A DNA stretch of 64,000 nucleotides, from assembly GCA_024704765.1 (NCBI GenBank), contig JAKMXF010000233.1, forward strand, positions 186,001 through 250,000, in the 5' to 3' direction. How positions within the stretch are numbered: the first letter of the stretch is position 1; the number at the start of each line of letters is the position of its first letter. Positions 58,301 to 64,000 of the stretch are shown piece after piece. This stretch comes from Oopsacas minuta. Lineage: Eukaryota > Animalia > Porifera. Below the pieces are notes generated by a model, which worked only from the letters and a program-made list of their open reading frames with translations, was not told the origin of the DNA and made no database searches. Position numbers and translations under genes: made by a program.

Positions 58301-61300
58301 ACCTGTCTTGATAATCCAACTTGATGAAAGCCACCAACAAGCTCGTACGAATCCATAGCGCTGTTTACAGAGAATTCATTTAATGTATTCCCAGTCAGTT
58401 TAGCAAGCAATCTTACTAAAGAACTTTTGCCAGTACCAACGCCACCGACTAGAATAGGCAACCAGGATTGCTTTACACAGAACATTACACTCTCTAAGTA
58501 AGGTAATTGGTAGGGAAGAATACTTAAATCATGTTGATTGATGTCAATTTTATGCTCACATTTTCTATCTAAAACTACATGGCCAATTTGTATAGATTTA
58601 GCAGTTGCAACAATGTCATATACGAATGCATTGGTTTTGGTCATTTCAGGGAATTCTTGGAAAACATATTTGAAAATCTGGAAAACCCTTTCCTTATCAG
58701 ATGCTGTTCGCAATCTGTCTGAATAAATAACTCGTATAAACATACTAGGCTGATTGAAATACGGTAGAACTCCATTTGATTTTGTAACCATTAGCTTACA
58801 CCATCTGAACAAGTCCCTTAAGTTGAACTCAAACGGTGAACCTAAGTTACCGAATAGTCTATCCTGATTTACACTAGCATCTATAACTTGATTGAATGTT
58901 ATCATTAGTTTTAATATGTGTTGGTCAATTTCACTAAAAGCTTGTCGACAAATAAACAGAAAATCTGTTGCGTGCAAAGATTGCATGTAAACTTTAGTAA
59001 ATCGATTTAGGAATGATTTTGGTAATCCTTTTCTACCACCGCCTTGGCTCATAGGATTCTGTGTTGCGAATATGCGAGTTGAATCTGTTTGTATTCTAAA
59101 GGTCCTATCTAATTCTGAAATATATATTTCATGTCTGTGATCAAAACATGAATTGAGACCTTCAAGCACAGATTGCGAGGCTAAATTCAACTCATCTAAT
59201 AGGACCCATACGCCATCTTTTAATGCATGCAGCAGAGGACCATCTCTCCATTCAAATTCTCCAGCATTCCCACTGTCGCTAGGCAGGTCTGCACCAAAGA
59301 GATCACTGATATCGGTTTGTTCTGAGAGGTTAATACGAACTAGCTCGTAGCCATAATATCGCGCTAATGCCATTACTATGCTTGATTTCCCAACGCCAGG
59401 AATGCCCTCTAACAGGATAGGTTTAGGTAGCTGAAGTGCACGTAGAATTCTATACGCATTCCTACTAACAGTTGGTGTTGTTAGGGAATACGTTGGGTCA
59501 GAAATTTGTTGATTTGGTCCCATTTTTATTGCAAATTGACACTGCGATATATCATTTCCATTCAGACCTTGTGTGTGATTAATTTCCTCTGGAATCAATG
59601 AATGCAGATACTCAATTGATACACTTTCACTAGAAGCATCTAATACAGTACTCAGACCAACTCCAAGTCCATCCAAAAGCACCAAATGAGCACCCTCAAT
59701 GAAAGACAGCCATGGGGAAGTATTTGAAGTCTTACTTTCCTCATTTAGACATATATTCATGAATTCGACCCAGCATAAAATGTCTCGTTTGCTAAGCGGA
59801 AAGTTACTCGAATTGGGTTGAGTGTGAAACCATTGCACAAAAGTAACCATTTTCAAAGATATTTCCTTTGCCAAGGTTTTTTCCAAATGTAAATTATGAT
59901 TTAACAACGAAATTGTGTCTTCAATTGTATCAGTATCTGGACACCAAATTTCTGTGAAACGATTTCTAAGCGCGGGGGACAACTCCTTTTTTCCAAAGTC
60001 CCCTCCGGGATTCATTGTCCCAAACAAAATGAAACCCTGACTCGCGATTAACTCCACAGAATCGCCTCCCTTCTCAGCAATAACCAGACTTCTCTCTGGT
60101 TCTAGTAGGGAATTCATTCTCTCCAATACCGCATCATCTGCTAATGATATTTCATCCAACAACATGTATTCACCGTTCTTCACCGCTTGTACTAACGGGC
60201 CATCCATCCATTCAAACAGCCTACCAGCTTGTATGGCCTCAGGAGTACGGACTGGCCGTAGACTACCAATGAAATCTGCTGTCTCTGTATGCATATGGCA
60301 GTTTATATATTGTAATTTCTTCTGATGAAGAATAGAGATTAATTGACATGCAGTAGTTTTACCTGATCCAGTTGGTCCTACTAAGAGGATTGGCTCATTG
60401 AAATGCAAGGCTCTTGAAATATGAATCAAAAGCCGGCTGAATGCTCTGGTAGGGTAAATATGCTCCATTCCAATCACTCCGCCCTGTAATATAGCCTGTG
60501 AATACTGAAGAATATTGTTTACAGGGTTTGGTAAGTTTAAGTAGAACAGTTGTTCTTCGTTGATAGTTCGACGAAAGTGCTTTTCCAAAACTTGTGCAAC
60601 AATACTTATTTCTTCAGGATGTCTTAATTTCCCAGCTAACAGTAAATATCCATCTTCTATTAGCAACTGATCCCAGTCACGGAATTTCGCGGGAATAGCT
60701 TCAGTGCCTCTGTATCTCTCCGCCCATTTGAAAAGATCTCGTAGCGTGATGTAGCCATGTTTCCCAGCGAATAATCCAGTAAGTTTGCGTTGTAATTGTA
60801 GCTCTTTCATAACGTCAATCATCTTCTTGCAATAAGATCTAGGTATAGCGCATCTTTGGTGTAGAATATCAATAAGTTCTGGTGTGGGAATCTCAACGAA
60901 ATGCAACTCAATAAATCGGTTGCGGAATGCCCTTGATAACAGTTTTCTACCTCCATATAACCCGGGTGGATTTTGTGTAGCGAATAAGATAAAATTTGAA
61001 TGTGCCCTTATTGTTGTTTGTGTTTCAGTGATAAACAACTCGCGATTGTCGTCAAGAACTCTATTCAGAGCTTCAAGTACATCAGAAGGAGCGAGATTCA
61101 ATTCATCAAGTATAACCCAATCACCATTTCGCATTGCACGTGGGAGCAACCCCTCTTGGAAGCATAGTTTACCATCCTTATCAGGGATATACGATCCTAT
61201 ATATTCCTGCAAATCCGTGTGTTCATGGTTGTTTATACGATACACTTTATTTCCAGTGTTTGTAGCTAACCATTGAATCAGGCTAGTTTTTCCAGATGAT

Positions 61301-63999
61301 GTAGGACCCTGTAGTAAAATTGGATACTGTCTAGCTGATGCAATTCTTGCTATGTCTTTTAAGTTCTTAGCAATTGCAGGTGTAATTACGTAACTTTCTA
61401 GCGACTTTATCTCCAAATTACCTTTTCTTATCCAATAGCCAAGAATATTCGTGTAATTATGATCATCTTTAGGTTTTGGTATTTTCTGTTTCAAAATTGA
61501 CAGGGAATCTTTGATAATCAATTTTTGTGCTAATTTTTCGACTAAAGTATATGATTCTCGATTGAGTTGTGTTAGAAAACTTAAACATATGCCTTCATAA
61601 ATCGAGTGGTTAAAATGACGACATGGATTAGTAGCGGAGTATTTTAACGCTCTGCAAAGAGTTCTCAAGCTAAAATGTGGTTTATGACCTGATCCATCTA
61701 CCAGTTTATCATTTGCTAATGCCAGAACTTGAAGATAGAAATCTACTATGCTATTCACCAATTCTCCACTGATTGTCATTGTTTGGAGATAATCAAATAC
61801 TAACAATCTTAAATCTTGTGTTTGTGTTAATTCGTGTAAGAATATTTCAGTGAATCTGTTTTCTATACCCTGTGGTAATCTCTTCTTACCGATATCTAAT
61901 GCTGGGTTCATGCACGCGAAAATATGGAAATCGCCATTCTTTGTTATGGGAACGTTCGTATACGTATCAGCAAGTAGGATTGAATCAGTAGATTGGTCTA
62001 GGATACCATTCAAACATTCAAGTACTTCGGGACAAGCCAGGTTAATTTCATCAAGCAACACCCACCAACCATTTCTGATTGCTTTCACCAAGGCACCTTC
62101 CATAAAACGAAATGTAAATGAGCTTTTCATTTTGTTCAAATTTTCACTTGCAGATGTCAACTCTTTACCAAATATTTTCCAACTTTCAGAGCTCTTAGTA
62201 GACAAATTTTCTTTGATACTCGCGGATTTTCGCACATGCTCCATCATCGAGATTAAAGTATCCCATTTCTTTTGACTACATATCGTCTCAATGTGTCCAA
62301 TGAAAACTTTATTTTTAGACTTTGAGAAGGAATTTTCAAAACAGTCCAAGAACATTTTTTTCAATGGTAACATTATATAGTCAACACCAATAGGTTTATA
62401 TCCGCCTAATAGATCTATCGTATCACTCTGTCTGCTCATATTGATGACAACAAGTTTGTTGTTTGTTTGATTGGCTAGGTGTTGAACTGTTGATGTTTTT
62501 CCAGTCCCGGTCTCACCAACTAGTAGAATTGGTTCTTTGTATTGAACACATACAGCTAGTCGTTCCAATAACATTGATGTTTGTTGCGTATATGCGAACG
62601 GCATAGTCGTTATTGGTGCCTCGATAAGACCTGTGAATTGATTTAATGGTATCAATGCTCTGCCAATAGAAAAGTTAGCAACTGAAAACGAGATACTTGG
62701 TTTGTAATTTGTTAAGTAGTACTCTATTTTCGTTTGGTTCAGGCCAAGTTGGTTGCCAAGTTGATTTGCTAAGGAATGTTGTATATTTTTGGATAGGAAG
62801 GCAACTACGAAGCAGTCTAGAGCTTCCAAGAAAATTCCTTCTAAATTTATAGCTTCCAGGCCATCCACAAAGTTTTCAGTACGTTTACACCATTTCATTA
62901 AATCGCGTAATGTAATCTTTCTTTTCAGAAATTCCGTTTGAGTGTTTTCGACTGAAGTACTTTGGAAAATTTGGATGAGTTTCGAAGCTGTGCTGGACAA
63001 ATTTGGGTATTTTTTGCTTATTATTGTCTCTAATTCCTCAACAGTTGGATAGTTAACTTGGACAACGTTCCAGTATTTCTCAAGTAAACTAGCTTCTGAT
63101 GAAAACAGTGGTTGGCCGTTTGCATTCGTGCGTTGCGTAGCGAATATTTGGAAACCAATATTAGCAGTTACCGTCTCACTCATCCCTGGTATTGGTAATA
63201 TATTATTCTCCAGTATAGGTAACAGTGTAGAAATCACGTCTTTCCCAGCATAATCAATATCCTCCAGAAGAAGCCATTTTCCAGTTTGCATCGCATGTAC
63301 CAGCACGCCAGGCTTCCATACAAACTCGCCTGGTTTTTCTGTAGATGTGTAGCTTCCTATTAATGATTTACTATCTGTTTGATCACTCAATTGTACAGTG
63401 ACTAAATCAGTATTATTTCCTATTACATTTGAAAGATGTGATATTAACATTGTCTTTCCTACTCCAATTTCACCTCTGATAAGTATCGGTGTAGTTTGTG
63501 CTATTGAAAATGCAATGGATTTGAGAGCTAGCTGTGTTGTTGGAACCATAATGAGGTTTGTTGGAGGGAAATAGTGTGAACTTTTCGTGCGTATCTTCGG
63601 TAATATAACACCCTGGACTTCAACCCAATGGGAAAAAGAAGCTGTGAATTTTTTGAGGAAATTCATTTGTTGCGGGCTTATTTCGACTTGTCCATATTCG
63701 GTACATGCTTCATTTATATCAGGCAATGCAGCTTTCAAGCCTTTTTCATTGTAAAATTTTGTGGACTGCTCAATATCGAGTTGAAAAATGATTGAGAACA
63801 GTTTTATTACTCTCCATTTTATCTCAGAATATCTGAGAGTGCCGAGTGATAGGAAACAAGATAGATTCAACTTCTTGAACATCCTAGGCTCTTTTGTAAC
63901 TAATTCTGTAAGGACGTTTAATATTAAGATGAGTGTGTTTTTCAGCGAATCTTCACCCACAAGTGTTTCATATTGCGATAAATATTGAAAAACTGTCGT
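49357..63999 (-). CDS. MDN1: Midasin (Rea1) AAA ATPase; frame open to the window end, 5' part outside
   Basis: Six Walker A motifs (GEIGVGKT, GETGTGKT, GPTSSGKT, GPTGSGKT, GIPGVGKS, GGVGTGKS), long linker, acidic tail, C-terminal MIDAS/VWA (IDDSKSM, IISDGRG), YKGDYRTGKRLNM-like motif. Confidence 0.98.
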   Translation of the reverse strand, partial: TTVFQYLSQYETLVGEDSLKNTLILILNVLTELVTKEPRMFKKLNLSCFLSLGTLRYSEIKWRVIKLFSIIFQLDIEQSTKFYNEKGLKAALPDINEACTEYGQVEISPQQMNFLKKFTASFSHWVEVQGVILPKIRTKSSHYFPPTNLIMVPTTQLALKSIAFSIAQTTPILIRGEIGVGKTMLISHLSNVIGNNTDLVTVQLSDQTDSKSLIGSYTSTEKPGEFVWKPGVLVHAMQTGKWLLLEDIDYAGKDVISTLLPILENNILPIPGMSETVTANIGFQIFATQRTNANGQPLFSSEASLLEKYWNVVQVNYPTVEELETIISKKYPNLSSTASKLIQIFQSTSVENTQTEFLKRKITLRDLMKWCKRTENFVDGLEAINLEGIFLEALDCFVVAFLSKNIQHSLANQLGNQLGLNQTKIEYYLTNYKPSISFSVANFSIGRALIPLNQFTGLIEAPITTMPFAYTQQTSMLLERLAVCVQYKEPILLVGETGTGKTSTVQHLANQTNNKLVVINMSRQSDTIDLLGGYKPIGVDYIMLPLKKMFLDCFENSFSKSKNKVFIGHIETICSQKKWDTLISMMEHVRKSASIKENLSTKSSESWKIFGKELTSASENLNKMKSSFTFRFMEGALVKAIRNGWWVLLDEINLACPEVLECLNGILDQSTDSILLADTYTNVPITKNGDFHIFACMNPALDIGKKRLPQGIENRFTEIFLHELTQTQDLRLLVFDYLQTMTISGELVNSIVDFYLQVLALANDKLVDGSGHKPHFSLRTLCRALKYSATNPCRHFNHSIYEGICLSFLTQLNRESYTLVEKLAQKLIIKDSLSILKQKIPKPKDDHNYTNILGYWIRKGNLEIKSLESYVITPAIAKNLKDIARIASARQYPILLQGPTSSGKTSLIQWLATNTGNKVYRINNHEHTDLQEYIGSYIPDKDGKLCFQEGLLPRAMRNGDWVILDELNLAPSDVLEALNRVLDDNRELFITETQTTIRAHSNFILFATQNPPGLYGGRKLLSRAFRNRFIELHFVEIPTPELIDILHQRCAIPRSYCKKMIDVMKELQLQRKLTGLFAGKHGYITLRDLFKWAERYRGTEAIPAKFRDWDQLLIEDGYLLLAGKLRHPEEISIVAQVLEKHFRRTINEEQLFYLNLPNPVNNILQYSQAILQGGVIGMEHIYPTRAFSRLLIHISRALHFNEPILLVGPTGSGKTTACQLISILHQKKLQYINCHMHTETADFIGSLRPVRTPEAIQAGRLFEWMDGPLVQAVKNGEYMLLDEISLADDAVLERMNSLLEPERSLVIAEKGGDSVELIASQGFILFGTMNPGGDFGKKELSPALRNRFTEIWCPDTDTIEDTISLLNHNLHLEKTLAKEISLKMVTFVQWFHTQPNSSNFPLSKRDILCWVEFMNICLNEESKTSNTSPWLSFIEGAHLVLLDGLGVGLSTVLDASSESVSIEYLHSLIPEEINHTQGLNGNDISQCQFAIKMGPNQQISDPTYSLTTPTVSRNAYRILRALQLPKPILLEGIPGVGKSSIVMALARYYGYELVRINLSEQTDISDLFGADLPSDSGNAGEFEWRDGPLLHALKDGVWVLLDELNLASQSVLEGLNSCFDHRHEIYISELDRTFRIQTDSTRIFATQNPMSQGGGRKGLPKSFLNRFTKVYMQSLHATDFLFICRQAFSEIDQHILKLMITFNQVIDASVNQDRLFGNLGSPFEFNLRDLFRWCKLMVTKSNGVLPYFNQPSMFIRVIYSDRLRTASDKERVFQIFKYVFQEFPEMTKTNAFVYDIVATAKSIQIGHVVLDRKCEHKIDINQHDLSILPYQLPYLESVMFCVKQSWLPILVGGVGTGKSSLVRLLAKLTGNTLNEFSVNSAMDSYELVGGFHQVGLSRQVKVCLDKLQNELAGYLTTNFNHILAKEIYLHYHFLSNYSLQNENKLQDSIEIILRKITSLLHYYSIPAKIRSSLRHVTSKLQSIQDSLQTNSQTTNQFAWIDSPLVLAAKRGHWLLIDNVNLCSPSVLDRLNALLEPNGTLVLHEKGIINDICEEITPHKDFRIFFCMDQKLGELSRAMRNRGIEICISEISKHQDCSPVTDLKYGLLDMKYAEKRDNLGKILGISHYQGDILEHEEIMQTDACTSTIERNKWRNVNFLTNNPILSNVLSESEIFNQSTTENTEDFQKNLSILFVLLSTQSDISHREDIINQFVLIYPYTHNIIQFISKNRLHELITDKFAITQIDPQHLPLDISYRDMFCRSLNQKMLYRVMNEVEKIYLRINVHIIQLYVKNFQGTGESLYEQSQDFVENKHSSENMEIKSIKYFYPFVSKILTLLVEEFFWNIHHHSNWDAINRSIIWLQNFIEYIISGNERSKENTTIVWYLLSKNFLQFLGQKGIHWEKIPKIYPLINQIEEDLNTSMIDSPLVRVLEAFPRPLPLSTVEAVNCAVSLQSLLEVIVHIPDISKDIIRQISQIRSNLFSCSLDLSNSQTVEYRNVQQTISELNQKIRLPNDKISNESPLRKAQQEYFYSSIVYICSICKYYNLEEAIINNSLTRLFEHANSYTVVDINVLSLLSPTICSQGGRMRENLIFFQELFITSVTHNIQLLLSETTPNAEIFSFLFNIVESFGNNSKSVTEQQNNKIGIKLNNFEDKGEELREMIDHFACVSFTHFIGDPSNFENIFLAALIEICKAFNAIILPKNHIQLFNIEDKNEILTLAKRLLSNISEILINEQENKENYQTFISNFKQSILSFDNWIETNDITHQYNSMIFLGITMVNILAPHTPLDPVVINQRELECLNRELNNLNSNLRANNLYYRVCFGITEVGLRKQTPLPIERLERRILNLNNEIDNIKKRLAIRPTHSQYQEIYYTCRKIQQTLCDATKIRDLIQQLEGEPPQNIIQRLSTHINSISRTIINLQRKYLAYPDVITPFAFSLSILLYGLHSRIQKNIISIPIDFIQRKLITFSNYDELSPTNIDRITNILNSEIFLKISSNFREKICRLVLLWILELKSLKPYSLDILERLFYKILDLYSEEWNKYIEREKQKAIEKDSLYKYKEVEHCSDSSEEIIEKDFKEKFPDYYDRFSDVENTETNISADTSKSLKPNLDENIWSFTEETYTILTNSHSYFHTGNFLIQNSKFNNQSQISGIFLQERILQQYNTTHGMSTNLKGDYNLHIAIADICLKSFTQNLTTEIYDFYIDPNPSELQQVKPALITFKTRIYQLLEEWPDHSVLNQLIVVADRILSLSITSPIMQILTGLQILITKAQDWEAYAAKHVSIQEELGHISELVIRYRKMELVGWPKVLEASKRKYEMKSTKLFMHIYQIINAYFSVEKIENFENIENIANLLKQFIESSTLGNFEMKLNLLGNFKFSFKSANAIFHTLTSLHSFYSQFLQSVKNRLETQCTPVVKELKEFVSISKWNDINYWRLKETVEKSHRTIHKHIRKYEEVLNQPIHELLTISTFNLQKFPVLPPNNCLKEMKVKIVQTLRENSPVDISHILKECQQSNVVLPKRTDKIGAKLLKYMLKYSRDDKQLQEMEEIRNLTTEIRDNMNEIISETKESLSPAEKEEMKQQKFLCMKKQRLLSELFKLLRSFGFSNRFASTGGKTLLDTIDFASIHTLLPSPNLLISTNTCVQHIDRVFFDNLKLITSLDMSLHKPHKQLTPYLVESLRAYSIDMLHCIITHRQHILQLAQSINDISNMLVRSSDHTNISTPQSHLLLPTQVYCFVGKLRCIIQGLLEQLRECSYLLTRINKTQNGTFPLEDSLLPRIIADSMVAVNIRELLDNTYNDVDILLHDLATLQTCILFQWNDFTVLKHKYNILSNLLKILTCELTKALTSKATGNIEYGFFHGLFKIHSKFEQTLEQFLSIQHQLENIRVETTVSEHPIKMLFTSRIFQIILTSVQTLTNINTSDQTVSLEKLGLTNSSRNPDLCLKNLLLDNVEFEICKQGRIFRLLDKTVLNLKSNLDELGSCTGEKLQMQTLSFLQLQSVLRSYLLLCETVFLKHVEIQYNSNELLQTILSIFNLVSAKGFCAPEAVIEEMAKEGETILQEFEGGGFGDGEGATNVSEQIDNQEQVEGLQNEESKNENEGEIKEEKGVEMSEDFEGGMGDKASGQDDEGNSEGSNVDDLDKRIGEVDDKQGQMNEEMWGESSDDEGEVKGNQEGGNQSKDEKIVAKGESVKNSDSQKENRKDGIEDTAVDQLQDKLNDNLDLDEQLPGETTDNEQQGQLPEPLDISDDLNLDGIEREDSIEQCIESSDQDSGDDMEVDDSIQDPLETMDNESEQDFDLKTMDKLEGNESNNESEPDTNQNDPRPFDTTEHTGDPQTAVQSSSKYGTGTNGQMDENTQNEEAFDNFGSINDREVTETHDGGESNRNESGTSDENKLKSKLSRSNENRQLAEEGEKPQLKKQKILNEDMLDNNNNKQNKPQDNEQISNLYKHKTKDSDRHQSDTTALDSATNEQAKTQPQTGTSESYDLDSNEESNDNLDSNKVQLERDAELSMDTRVTSENKFITQDDDRESKDDSYTSEIMDEDNTTRNLVSLFATNEQYIHPTVHTMQTELPIVELENIEQLQIASETQKLWLETDREVSHLSRDLCEQLRLILQPQQASKLKGDYRTGKRLNMRKIIPYIASQFRNDKIWLRRTQPNKRQYQIMLAIDDSKSMAIYKSKTIAFQTFALLGNALTWLDVGQLGVCKFGKTTDVILPLGIPFTQERAYQALQQLSMEQMKTKIAQMLRKITPLMVQNRTYVHTPFSGSINQLMIIISDGRGIFLEGKDIVEKAVRQTMDNGIFVIFIILDSPDNKDSIVDIKVPVFSQTNTLPQFKSYLEIFPFPFYIVLRDIQTLPETVSNALRQWFEFVASNEPQ

Positions 64000-64000
64000 C

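Noticed and set aside
1-64000. CRISPR array, rRNA or prokaryotic operon features
   Set aside because: The sequence is spliceosomal-intron eukaryotic DNA; the recurring short repeats are MITE TIRs, not regularly spaced direct repeats.

Overview
AT-rich, gene-dense eukaryotic (animal-type) genomic window. Intronless and multi-exon genes are mixed, and many small DNA-transposon derivatives are present. The overall style (ankyrin-TRP, TRAF-MATH and NHL genes, single-exon housekeeping genes) suggests a compact early-branching animal genome such as a glass sponge; that is inference and cannot be confirmed here. Contents, left to right: (1) three ankyrin-repeat TRP channel paralogs, one 5'-truncated by the window, one intact, one disrupted, the last two lying in a precise head-to-tail ~4.7-4.8 kb tandem duplication; (2) a DJ-1/YajL-type gene and a stefin-like gene lacking the QxVxG inhibitory motif; (3) three dispersed members of an unrecognised ORF family; (4) a selenoprotein U (PRXL2A-type) gene that the ORF track splits in two at an in-frame TGA (UxxC), with a canonical SECIS about 30 nt after the stop, which is the clearest hidden feature; (5) a spliced calmodulin-like EF-hand gene with a Ginger2-type transposon derivative in an intron; (6) a coiled-coil/TRAF-MATH gene, with CDT1 possibly nested antisense in one of its introns; (7) FAXDC2-like, WDR49/CFAP337-like (~19 exons, MITE-laden introns), an NHL-repeat gene, DCAF13 (apparent GA-AG intron), PIGM, and a >14.6 kb uninterrupted midasin (MDN1) ORF running off the window end. 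No tRNA, rRNA or CRISPR features were seen.
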